DNA of 33,333 nt from a bacterium (GCA_043801585.1 JAZDLX010000075.1:1-33333), one strand, 5' to 3'. Shown: positions 1 through 8,640, counted from the stretch's first letter. Notes: generated by a model not told the origin, from the letters alone. Translations and numbers: made by a program.

Positions 1-1481
1 TCGCCCCTGGCGGCGTCCGCAACCATCCAGCCGAGAATTTCATCGAGGAACGCCTGGTAACCGATGATTTTGTAGCGGATGACTCCCTGCGGATCGATCA
101 CCACAAAGGTCGGAATGCCACGCACTTCGTAATCATCCGCAACGGTGTTCGGGGCGAGCAGGACGTTCCACACCATTCCCTCTGCTTTCGCGAATGCCCC
201 GACGTAATCGGGACGCTGCTCGTCGGGAATGCGTTCCCAGACATCCAGGCTGTACAGGCTCGCTTTCGCGCCGGATTTGTGGAACTCTTTCAGCCGGGGA
301 ATCGTTATCTTGCAGGGACCGCACCAGGTCGCGAAGAAATCGAGGACGATCACCTGACCGCGCAGGTCGGAGAGACCGACCTCTTTCCCGGCAAAGGTAC
401 GCCCTGTGAAATCCGGCGCAGGGGTGCTCATTCGTTCGCTTAACGCCTTTTCCCGCCGCTGATCCGCGGTCTCCTGGCGCTTGTCGATCATCGCCTGTTT
501 CAGAACGACCCAACGCGGGTTGGCAGTTAGTGCTTTCTTCGTCCCGTCATCCATCTGGACCTGAATCAGGTCGAGATCATAGAAATCGCTGGCGAGTGCT
601 TTTTCGAGGGCACCGACCGCCTCATCATACTGCCCAAGGCGACTGAAAAGATCGGCCACATCCAGCCACGCCCATCCTTCCTGGGGGTCCGCCTCGGCCG
701 CCGCCACCTTAAGGCTGACCATCTTGTCGAGGGTGCCCTTTCTTTCATAGCGCTGTTCCAGGTCGTAAAGCAGCAGGCTGTTCAAGGGCTGGACCTCGGC
801 GAAATCCTCCATCAACGTCAACCCCTCATCCCCCTTGCCGAGCAGCTCCAGGGCAACCGCTTTTCTGCGCACGGGATCGTAATTCCAAGGCGCCAGTTCA
901 ATCGCCTTATCAGCTTCAGCAATCGCCTCGTCGAGCTTGCTCTGCTCGAGCACGACTTCCGCCAATGCATTGTGCGACTCCGCGAGTTGCGGCGCCAACT
1001 CGACGGCTTTCTGGGCGAACGTGAAGGCTCGCTCGGGTTCAGCCGGGCGGCAGCGGAGCAATGCCAGCGCGGTGTAACTCAGGATGTAGGGATCGTCCGG
1101 CGCCAGTTCCACCGCCTTGCGGAGGCTGTCCGCCATGCGGTTGCGTCCGCCGACCGCCATCGCCTCAAGCAACATCGTGCGGGGATCTCCCGGTTTGGCA
1201 GCGAGTTCCGCCTGGTATTCGGTAACGGTTGAATCGTAGTCCACCTCGCTCTTCCGCTCGAGAACGTAGATCTGGAGCTGGAAGTCCCGGGGATGTCTGG
1301 CGAGAAGACCCTCAGCGTCCTTCAGGGCGGCTGTTGAGTTGTTCTTTGTGAAGGGCATCGGGTGCTGTTGCCACAAGGATTGAACCTGTTTGCTCGGGGT
1401 ATAACTCTCCGTTGCGCAACCTGCGAACAGAACACCGATCAGCAGGGCGGACAGGAGAAGGGCTGTTGTTGTCTTTTTCAC
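1..1481 (-). CDS. Lipoprotein with TPR repeats and C-terminal TlpA/ResA-type thioredoxin-fold (redoxin) domain; 3' end cut by window edge
   Basis: Not in the ORF track because no stop lies in the window. GTG at 1481 follows GGGAG. N-terminus MKKTTTALLLSALLIGVLFAG-C is a lipobox. TPR-like units (LRKAVELAPDD, AQKAVELAPQL, ADKAIELAPWN) precede APDFTG...GQVIVLDFFATWCGPCK...YEVRGIPTFVVIDPQG in the same frame. Confidence 0.9.
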   Translation of the reverse strand, partial: MKKTTTALLLSALLIGVLFAGCATESYTPSKQVQSLWQQHPMPFTKNNSTAALKDAEGLLARHPRDFQLQIYVLERKSEVDYDSTVTEYQAELAAKPGDPRTMLLEAMAVGGRNRMADSLRKAVELAPDDPYILSYTALALLRCRPAEPERAFTFAQKAVELAPQLAESHNALAEVVLEQSKLDEAIAEADKAIELAPWNYDPVRRKAVALELLGKGDEGLTLMEDFAEVQPLNSLLLYDLEQRYERKGTLDKMVSLKVAAAEADPQEGWAWLDVADLFSRLGQYDEAVGALEKALASDFYDLDLIQVQMDDGTKKALTANPRWVVLKQAMIDKRQETADQRREKALSERMSTPAPDFTGRTFAGKEVGLSDLRGQVIVLDFFATWCGPCKITIPRLKEFHKSGAKASLYSLDVWERIPDEQRPDYVGAFAKAEGMVWNVLLAPNTVADDYEVRGIPTFVVIDPQGVIRYKIIGYQAFLDEILGWMVADAARG

Positions 1482-1590
1482 TGTGCTGCTCTCCCGTTTT
1501 GGGACGGCTCCAATTCACGTATAGGGGTGAAAGGTAGGGTTTCACGGGACGGTGAACAAGGCGCGTTGAGACGTGTGATTTTCAGCGCTA

Positions 1591-1652
1591 TGTAGCCCGG
1601 GACCACCGTGTCCCGGGAGATGAATCCCGGCATGCGGTGATGCCGGGCTACA
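1591..1652. repeat. GTAG-tagged REP doublet (REPIN-like)
   Basis: TGTAG-CCCGGGAC..GTCCCGGG-spacer-CCCGGCAT..ATGCCGGG-CTACA: two hairpins bracketed by inverted TGTAG/CTACA tags. Confidence 0.75.
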
Positions 1653-1679
1653 AAACTTAATATCTCTGTATAAGCGATT

Positions 1680-2747
1680 TTATCTCCAAACATATATTCC
1701 ACCTTTTTCCGAATAAATATCTCCATTAGGACTTACATAAACAACATTAATACTGTAATTTGATGTTAAATCATGAAATACGGACCATTCAATAGGATCT
1801 ATACTACTTATATAGACTGCTCCTTTTTTAATATCATTTGCAGATATATATATTTTACCATCAAGTGCTAATGAAATTGAACTAACCGTCACTGTATCTG
1901 AAAGGCCTTTGTTTCCTTTTAGCCATGTCTGCCCATCATCGAGGCTATAGAAAAAACCATGACGCATAAGTCCTGCACAAAGAATCTTTGGATGTTGATT
2001 TGAGTAAGCCAGATCGTAAACAACCCCCAACTCGGGGAAATTCAACCGCTCCCACGTTTCACCATAGTCAATGCTTTTCATTATCGCACCGACCCACGAA
2101 GTACCGGCATAAATGATGTTCGGATAATTTTTATCGATCTCAATTGCTGTAACACCGTTCGTCAAATCATTATTCAGAACTCTCTTCCATGTTCTTGCTT
2201 CATCAGTGCTCTTGAACAGACCCCCACCCAAGACACCAGCCGTCCCTAGGTACATTGTATCGGGATGCATGGGATCGATCGCAAGCACAGACAATCCTTC
2301 CTCAGCATAGAGGGACATTCCCGTATCCGCCCACTCCCAAGACAAGCCGCCATCTTTGGTACGAAGGAGGCCTTGGGGAGTCAGATAGTTGATGCCGCAA
2401 GTAACGTAAATCGTCTGCGAGTCGTGTGGATGGAAGTCGATGTCACGGACCGTAACGCCGCGAACGAGCGTGTCCCACACCGCGCCGCCGTCTGCGGATT
2501 TGAAAATGCCGCCTACCGTCCCATCACTGAAATTGCTGCCGCTTCCAGCGTAAAGGATGTCATCGTCATCCGGGTCTACCGCGATGGCTGTGATACTCTC
2601 CTCGCCGAGGCCCAGGTAGTGCCATTCACGGACCACTTTCACGGGAGGTTCATCGTCATCCGGCTCCGTGCACGAGAACAGGGCCAGTCCGAGCGGAATC
2701 GCCAGCACGACCAGATACCATCCTGTCCGCATCCATCCATCTTTCAT
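1680..2747 (-). CDS. Lipoprotein with BNR/Asp-box (WD40/YVTN/VPS10-like) beta-propeller repeats
   Basis: Hydrophobic signal ending LALFS-C. Repeated Asp-boxes: KSADGGAVW, RTKDGGLSW, KSTDEARTW, KSIDYGETW, YSLDDGQTW. Confidence 0.85.
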   Translation of the reverse strand: MKDGWMRTGWYLVVLAIPLGLALFSCTEPDDDEPPVKVVREWHYLGLGEESITAIAVDPDDDDILYAGSGSNFSDGTVGGIFKSADGGAVWDTLVRGVTVRDIDFHPHDSQTIYVTCGINYLTPQGLLRTKDGGLSWEWADTGMSLYAEEGLSVLAIDPMHPDTMYLGTAGVLGGGLFKSTDEARTWKRVLNNDLTNGVTAIEIDKNYPNIIYAGTSWVGAIMKSIDYGETWERLNFPELGVVYDLAYSNQHPKILCAGLMRHGFFYSLDDGQTWLKGNKGLSDTVTVSSISLALDGKIYISANDIKKGAVYISSIDPIEWSVFHDLTSNYSINVVYVSPNGDIYSEKGGIYVWR

Positions 2748-2788
2748 TTTCCCCCCCCGCCGACGTACTTGACTCCTTGTGAATATGA

Positions 2789-2831
2789 ATAGGCCCGCCC
2801 CATTCGCCGTGAGCGAATAGACCGGGCCTAT
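2789..2831. repeat. Intergenic hairpin upstream of the propeller lipoprotein gene
   Basis: Outer arms ATAGGCCCG/CGGGCCTAT, inner arms ATTCGC/GCGAAT. Confidence 0.5.
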
Positions 2832-3071
2832 CGCGAACTTTCTTGATCGGGCGCATTACGAGCAGCTCGAATTTCCACCGGGATGTTTTTCATTACTTGC
2901 CTCGCCGAAGCAGAAGCGATTCCTCTGGAGTGCATCAGCGTCTGATTAAATCTACCATCTACAGACTGAACCAGTCAATATACTATCCAATAATTTCCGT
3001 TAAAATTAATGGACTAAATTGATCTTTATCAATTCGTTAAAAGACCACAGAGAAACTTTACAACCCAACTC

Positions 3072-3126
3072 GAGTTTCAAGACAGTAGAAAAACTCAGTG
3101 AGTTTCTACACTGTCAAAAGCTCACT
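3072..3126. repeat. AGACAGT/ACTGTC palindromic element, copy 1
   Basis: GAGTTTCAAGACAGT-23 nt-ACTGTCAAAAGCTCACT aligns with the element at 12970-13027. Confidence 0.7.
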
Positions 3127-3137
3127 TTCGCGTTCCT

Positions 3138-4052
3138 CTATCGTTTACTATTCGGGACGATGATCTGAAGAGCCTCTTCCCGCACTTCGATGGTGAATTC
3201 CTTCCCCTTTTCGAGCAATTCGCCGTCAAGCTGCACCGAGCCGGAACGTTCGCGGGTGACTATCATTTTCCTGAAACGCCGGGTGGTGACGCTCTCCATC
3301 TCCTCGATGGTCCCGTCAAACAGCCGGTGAGCCTCCCGGACGAAGAGCATCGGTTCCGGTTTCGCGGCGGCGATCAGTTCGAGCAGTCCGTCATCGGGAC
3401 GTGCATTGGGTGCGATACGGGCACCTCCGCCGTACTGGGTCAGGTTGGCGACGGTGAGCAGCATCGGTTTGTCGAGCAACAACTCCTCTCCATCGATGGT
3501 CAGCGTGAATTTCTGGGGATGGTAGGTGAACCAGTGGTAAATCCCCGCGAAGACATAGGGCAGAATGCCGCGAATCGGGAACTCCTCGAATCCCTTGACG
3601 AGGTCCGCGTCCCAGGCGAGGCTGCAGGTGACAAAGAAGGGCGCATCGTCGAGGAAACCGACGTCGATGGGCAGCCGGTGGCCGTCTTTCAGCGCAGCGG
3701 AGGCCCTGTCCATCGCCAGCGGGATGTCGAAATGGCGGGCGAAACCGTTTCCGGAGCCGGTGGGGATGACGGCGAGGGCTGTCTCAGTGCCGACCAGTAC
3801 GCTGCCGATGGAGTTGACCATGCCGTCCCCACCGAGGACGATGATCGTGTCGACACCATCCTCGACGGCGCGGCGGGCCTTGGCAATGCCGTCCTCCTTG
3901 CTCAGCGACACCTGGTAGGTGAGATCGACGCCGTCCACGTCCCAATGGCGCTGCAGAGCATAGCGGACATCCTCAATGGATGTGCCGACCCCCGATTTCG
4001 GATTGAAGAGTACACGCACCCGCTGTGCGTCCACCGTACCCCCCATGCTCAT
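3138..4052 (-). CDS. Diacylglycerol/lipid kinase family protein (YegS/BmrU-like)
   Basis: Motifs FNPKSG, GGDGMVN, IPTGSGNGFARH, YGGG, DDGLLE, QLDGE. ATGA overlap with the rsmI stop. Confidence 0.9.
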   Translation of the reverse strand: MSMGGTVDAQRVRVLFNPKSGVGTSIEDVRYALQRHWDVDGVDLTYQVSLSKEDGIAKARRAVEDGVDTIIVLGGDGMVNSIGSVLVGTETALAVIPTGSGNGFARHFDIPLAMDRASAALKDGHRLPIDVGFLDDAPFFVTCSLAWDADLVKGFEEFPIRGILPYVFAGIYHWFTYHPQKFTLTIDGEELLLDKPMLLTVANLTQYGGGARIAPNARPDDGLLELIAAAKPEPMLFVREAHRLFDGTIEEMESVTTRRFRKMIVTRERSGSVQLDGELLEKGKEFTIEVREEALQIIVPNSKR

Positions 4053-4909
4053 TTCCGCCTCCCCTGTTTCCCACGTGTCGTTATCGCGGGAAAGGCTAAC
4101 CCGCCACCGCCAGTTGCATGATGTGAACCATCTGGAGGTTCCCCGCCGGGCGAAATCTCCTCTCCCTGCCGTTTCCGCCGGGTGAGTCCCTCAACGACGA
4201 TCACAATTTCCCCTTTCGGCGGAGTTGTGGAGTATTTTTCCGCCAGTCCGCTCAGGGTGCCCCGCAAAATCTCCTCAAAGGTTTTCGTCAGTTCGCGGCA
4301 GACCGCCGCACGCCGCGCACCGCCAAGCGCACCGGCAAGGTCCGCCAGGGTCTTTCCCGTACGCAGCGGCGACTCATAGATCACGACCGTGCGCGATTCC
4401 TGCGCCAGTTCTCCGAGCCGCGTCTGCCGTCCCTTCTTCCGTGGCAGGAAGCCCTCGAAGGCGAACCGGTCCATGGGCAATCCCGCCGCGACCAGCGCCG
4501 CCAGCAGTGCGCTTGCCCCGGGGATCGGAACGATCGTCAACCCACGCTCCGCCGCTTCGGTGATCAACCGGTATCCGGGGTCCGAGACTCCCGGCGTTCC
4601 GGCATCGCTGACGAGAGCGATGGTTTTCCCCGACTCGAGGTCAGCGATCAACCGCGGCAGCATCCGTTGTGCGTTGTGTTCGTGATAGGGCACCATCGAA
4701 GTCTGGATGCCATGACGGGCGAGCAAGAGGGCCGTGTGGCGGGTGTCCTCGGCTGCGATACGATCGACATGGGCGAGCGCCCAGGCGCCGCGCGGAGTGA
4801 AATCCGCCATGTTCCCGATGGGCGTGGAGACGACATAGAGCGCTCCCTGCTGAAGGCTGTCCGGAACGCCTTCCCAGGGCAAACGTGATGAGGGTTTATC
4901 GGCAGTCAT
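4049..4909 (-). CDS. rsmI: 16S rRNA (cytidine1402-2'-O)-methyltransferase
   Basis: LYVVSTPIGNMAD, AAEDTRHT, ALVSDAGTPGVSDPG, FEGFLPRK, YESPLR, CRELTKTFEE, KGEIVIVV. Start moved to ATG 4909 because the track's longer start overlaps the upstream gene. Confidence 0.95.
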   Translation of the reverse strand: MTADKPSSRLPWEGVPDSLQQGALYVVSTPIGNMADFTPRGAWALAHVDRIAAEDTRHTALLLARHGIQTSMVPYHEHNAQRMLPRLIADLESGKTIALVSDAGTPGVSDPGYRLITEAAERGLTIVPIPGASALLAALVAAGLPMDRFAFEGFLPRKKGRQTRLGELAQESRTVVIYESPLRTGKTLADLAGALGGARRAAVCRELTKTFEEILRGTLSGLAEKYSTTPPKGEIVIVVEGLTRRKRQGEEISPGGEPPDGSHHATGGGGLAFPAITTRGKQGRRK

Positions 4910-4959
4910 GCTGCAAAGGTACGTTCGGCGAAGCCGTCTGGAAAGCGCGGCGCCCTCCC

Positions 4960-5595
4960 CTATTCGGGGCCGCCGGACGGCGTGTGAATCCGGTTCGCGC
5001 GTTCGATGGCCCGGGTGACAGCGCGGCAATCCCGCGCATTTCTCAGGATTTCCAGGCACGCCGGAGTGTCCGCGCAACGGCCGATTTCGGCGAGCATCTG
5101 CAACTGAATCCGTTCATCCTCTTCGGGAGTCAGGATCAGAAAGATCATGCGTGCCGGGAGTCCGTCGAAGCAGTCCCATTCGATTCCCACCGGGCTTCTC
5201 GCGAAAAGCACCAGCGAACGGTCAAGTTTCGGGTACCGTGCATGGGGAACCGCGATCCCATGCACCAGTCCCGTTGCCATCTGGCCTTCACGACGGAGCA
5301 CTCCTTTCAGAATCACCGGTTCGCTGGGCCAGCGCAACATACGGGCAGCGACCTCAACCAGTTCCCGAATTGCGCCTTCGCGCGTGCGAGATTTGAGCTT
5401 GTGAATTTCCGGCACACCCACCATCGCACGGGCAAGGATGGACCGTTTGGAGAAACGGCGCAGCGTCCGCGAGATCAGTTCGACCACCATCACTGCGACG
5501 AACGCGACGGCAATTCCAACTACCATCTGAAAGAGGGTCAGTTGCTCCCCAGCGGCGAGGATTACGCTTGCCGTCAGAATGGGCAGTGCGGTCAT
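4960..5595 (-). CDS. PTS EIIA (Fru/Mtl/Ntr-type) domain protein with N-terminal hydrophobic membrane segment(s)
   Basis: REGQMATGLVHGIAVPHAR (phospho-acceptor His kept) and GIEWDCFDGLPARMIFLILTP. Hydrophobic stretch FQMVVGIAVAFVAVMVVELI near the N-terminus. ATGA overlap with the antiporter stop. Confidence 0.85.
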   Translation of the reverse strand: MTALPILTASVILAAGEQLTLFQMVVGIAVAFVAVMVVELISRTLRRFSKRSILARAMVGVPEIHKLKSRTREGAIRELVEVAARMLRWPSEPVILKGVLRREGQMATGLVHGIAVPHARYPKLDRSLVLFARSPVGIEWDCFDGLPARMIFLILTPEEDERIQLQMLAEIGRCADTPACLEILRNARDCRAVTRAIERANRIHTPSGGPE

Positions 5596-6830
5596 GAACT
5601 ACCCTCCCCTTCAGGTCCCGCGAGGTCAACGCCTTCCAGCTCGTGAATCTCGGTTTCGGGGGGGATTTCACCGGCCAGGTCCAGACCAAGCCTGACGAGG
5701 AACGGTCCCACGGTTTCATTTACAACGACCGTCGCGAGCACGACCGTTGTCAGCAGGATCCCCGCCTCAGGAAACTCATGCTGCACCTCGTAGGCGATGC
5801 CGATGGCGACACCCGCCTGGCAGAGCAATGTCATCCCGAGGTAACGGGAAAGCATGGGAATCTGACTCCGGTACCGCCTCCCGGCGAGCCAGACCCCGCC
5901 CATCTTTCCCACGGTTCTACCAATCAGGTAGACAAGACCCGCAATGCCCATTTTCGGGAGAATGTCGAGGTGCAGAGTGCTGCCGGCGAGCACGAAAAAG
6001 GCGATGTACAGCGGTTGTTCGAGCTGTCGCTGTTCCACGTAGATCAGACGGTGGAGGTAGGAACTGTTCGCCACCGTCGCGCCAGCCGCCATCGCGACAA
6101 GCATCGGCGAAAGGTGCAGCATTTGCCCCAGCCCCGTTCCCAGCAGGATGATGCCGATGGTAACGAGCAGTAGTTCGGACAGTTCATCAAGCCGTGATTC
6201 CCATGCAGAGAGTACCTTTCCGAGCAGGTATCCGAGGGAGATCGAAACGACGAGTTCATAGACTGGCGTTAACAGGGCAATGGCCGGTTCGGTGCCCGCC
6301 TGCATGCTCATCAACCCTTTGATCATCCTGAACAATCCAAGCGCAATCAGGTTGTTCACAGCGACGAGGGCGAGCAAGCGATCCGTCAGAGGACCGCGAG
6401 TGTGGTATTCACGAACAACCAGCAACGTTGCCGCCGGCGCCGTGGCTACCGCCGCCGTTCCAGCGAGCATCGAGAAAACGAGATCGTGCCCAAGCAGCAG
6501 GAAACCGCCAGCCACGACAACGAACACGCAGACCGTTTCGTAGATCGCCAGGCGTAACAGGGCGCGGATGCCCACCCGTTTCAGGTGTGACCACTCAAAC
6601 TCGTTGCCAATCGCGAACAGGATCAACCCCAGTGCGACATCGTTGATGACGCTGAGATTCTCGACCATGCTGCCGGTGATCATGCCGGTACTGGAGGGTC
6701 CAAGGAGGAGCCCGACGAGGAGATAGCCCGTGACACGTGGGATTTTGACCCGGTGCGCGAATTTACCCGCGAGCAGACCGAGCAGGATCGCTGCGCCGAG
6801 ATCAAACAATTCGTTCAGGGCGATTGTCAT
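5592..6830 (-). CDS. Cation:proton antiporter (CPA2/Kef-like membrane domain, no KTN domain)
   Basis: Highly hydrophobic. KIPRVTGYLLVGLLLGPS, ILFAIGNEF, ATAPAAT, FFVLAG, GRTVGK, QAGVAIG. Confidence 0.9.
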   Translation of the reverse strand: MTIALNELFDLGAAILLGLLAGKFAHRVKIPRVTGYLLVGLLLGPSSTGMITGSMVENLSVINDVALGLILFAIGNEFEWSHLKRVGIRALLRLAIYETVCVFVVVAGGFLLLGHDLVFSMLAGTAAVATAPAATLLVVREYHTRGPLTDRLLALVAVNNLIALGLFRMIKGLMSMQAGTEPAIALLTPVYELVVSISLGYLLGKVLSAWESRLDELSELLLVTIGIILLGTGLGQMLHLSPMLVAMAAGATVANSSYLHRLIYVEQRQLEQPLYIAFFVLAGSTLHLDILPKMGIAGLVYLIGRTVGKMGGVWLAGRRYRSQIPMLSRYLGMTLLCQAGVAIGIAYEVQHEFPEAGILLTTVVLATVVVNETVGPFLVRLGLDLAGEIPPETEIHELEGVDLAGPEGEGSS

Positions 6831-7027
6831 GGGTCACGGTTCCGTATGTGGCATCTTCCAAAATGTAAACGCACGATCCCATGCGGAACAACCATCCTCA
6901 TTCGATAACAAACAGCCGCCCCGGAGTCCGGGGCGATTGAGCGGATTGGCTGAGAGTCCCGCTATTCCACTGCTCACAAATAGATTCACATGTTATCATA
7001 GTTATCGCAGATTTTCCCTGGAGACGG

Positions 7028-7319
7028 CATAGGATAAACCCGGCCATCGAGCGGGCCGGGCCACCTGACGAGACCGTTTAACAATTCGAACCGAGAAACG
7101 CCCTCTTAAATCATTTTGAATCCGTCAGCCGACGGATGAAGAACCTATGAGTTTTCATGTGTTTACACTGAACTCAAAGATCCTTCTCGTCCCGAACCGT
7201 CGGGACGTCAGGATGACGCTCTTTTTTAGTCTTGACCCATAGGATAAACCCGGCCATTCCGCCTTCTTCTGCTTGATGGCAGAATACGGCGGACAAGCAA
7301 GCTGGCCGGGCCACCTGAC
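7028..7319. repeat. REP-like palindrome cluster: two CATAGGATAAACCCGG..CCGGGCCACCTGAC units (empty and filled) flanking a TCAT..ATGAC-type doublet
   Basis: Direct repeat 7028-7069 vs 7238-7319, the second with a 40-bp insert. Between them lies TCATTTTGAA..GAAGAACCT / AGATCCTTC..TCAGGATGAC (7111-7217). Confidence 0.8.
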
Positions 7320-7367
7320 ATCCTGTCCGAGGTGGTTGAGTAGATTGACTGAGCTTCCTGACTCTCC

Positions 7368-8522
7368 TCAGATTTCCTGGATCATTGGATCCGCGGGTTC
7401 AAAATAGCGGACGAGGTTCTGCTGTGTCACATAGACACCGAATGCCGTTTGACGGATAATCCTGATGCTGCCGATCCCATCGCACAGGTACTGCCCGATA
7501 CGGTTCTGTCCGCGACGCCAAGCCGGATCGAAACTCGCTTGCATCAGTACAGATGCGGCTTTCTCTGCGAAATCCTTCGCTTTCAAAGCAGGCATCTTTG
7601 GCGAGGCCTCCCGGCGAACCAGGTGGTCGAACATCAGGTCTGCCCCCTCGGTTCCCTTGCGCGGCAGGGCGACCCTGACAGTGCCCAGCGCGATGGCTTC
7701 CTGAAGCACGGTATTGTCCGGCGAAAACAGCACGTCAACCTTCAACAGATCATCTATTGAATTGCTGCGATTGGCGGAAACGGAAACACTCATTCCACCC
7801 ACCTCACCCGCAGCTTTCAGCAGTTCATCATCCGGCGGACAGCTCGCGGAAGGCAGCAGCAGCAGGGTTGGTTTCCACCCCTCTGCTTCAACGGGTGCCT
7901 TCAACGTTACCAATGCCCCAGCGATCTTGCCTACCCATGCAAGATCAAGGTTTTCCGTGGCAATTGCATAGGTCGTGGCAAAGGTGCGATGGTCGCTGTT
8001 ACGGTAAATCGCTTTCATCGAAGCGAAACGGAGAGGAGCGTACGTCGCACCTCGAAGGAAATGGGTGTACCCGCTTTTGCTGGCGATCTCCACCTCCGCC
8101 GCATAGGGCTTTGGCAGAATGAACCAATCCGCCCAGGTGGGCACGGGATCATCGGCGATCATCACCAGTTCGGCGCCCGCCCGCCAGATCGTGTACTGAT
8201 AGTCAGGATCAAAATCGTTGCCGACCAGGTAAACCAGCGGCCTTTTGTGGTGAGCATCGACACGCTTCGGGACGAACTCTTTTAATTTACTGGAGATCGC
8301 TTCCGCTTCCTGCTGTGGGGTCAAGCCTCCAATCAACTCAACACTGGCGCCCTTCGGCAATTTGTCACCAATCAACCCAACTCCGTCGGAATCCAACAGG
8401 AGCGTGATGTCCGTGATACCCTCCCGGCTCGCTGCCTCCGCCAAAGCCTGCGCCCTGAGCAGATGCAAAGAACCATAACTCGAGTCCGTTTTCGCGCGAA
8501 TCCAGACTTTGATCGCCCCCAT
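7368..8522 (-). CDS. Divergent PseG/SpsG-like GT-B fold protein (nucleotide-sugar hydrolase/glycosyltransferase family)
   Basis: ATG 8522 follows AAAGGAGGT. WIRAKTDSSYGSLHLLRAQALA resembles IRADG..IGxGHxxRxxALA. RGATYAPLR, DVLFSPDNTVLQEAIALG and C-terminal DGIGSIRII follow the PseG/SpsG pattern. Confidence 0.6.
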   Translation of the reverse strand: MGAIKVWIRAKTDSSYGSLHLLRAQALAEAASREGITDITLLLDSDGVGLIGDKLPKGASVELIGGLTPQQEAEAISSKLKEFVPKRVDAHHKRPLVYLVGNDFDPDYQYTIWRAGAELVMIADDPVPTWADWFILPKPYAAEVEIASKSGYTHFLRGATYAPLRFASMKAIYRNSDHRTFATTYAIATENLDLAWVGKIAGALVTLKAPVEAEGWKPTLLLLPSASCPPDDELLKAAGEVGGMSVSVSANRSNSIDDLLKVDVLFSPDNTVLQEAIALGTVRVALPRKGTEGADLMFDHLVRREASPKMPALKAKDFAEKAASVLMQASFDPAWRRGQNRIGQYLCDGIGSIRIIRQTAFGVYVTQQNLVRYFEPADPMIQEI

Positions 8523-8640
8523 GTGGACCTCCTTTGCTACGTGCGACGAAATATACTCGCCGGGTTCCGAACGGACAAGGCAACGTTCCAGCATCAGACG
8601 GGAAAGATGATCGAAAGCCACAGATTTCGTTCAACATAAT

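Noticed and set aside
312..326. Selenocysteine in the redoxin active site
   Set aside because: Both Cys codons of WCGPC are TGC; no in-frame TGA was seen there.
1591..2831. Integron cassette reading of the propeller gene between two hairpins
   Set aside because: The hairpins lack recognisable attC RYYYAAC/GTTRRRY boxes, and no intI or cassette array is present.
4910..5077. Long N-terminal extensions in the ORF track (rsmI; also 8523-8621, 13597-13662, 22424-22531, 30011-30046)
   Set aside because: Downstream starts have better RBSs or match family N-termini; some extensions overlap other genes or repeats.
6831..7027. Riboswitch upstream of the antiporter
   Set aside because: Only one short hairpin (CGCCCCGGAGTCCGGGGCG) was seen and I recognised no aptamer consensus; an Rfam scan would be needed.
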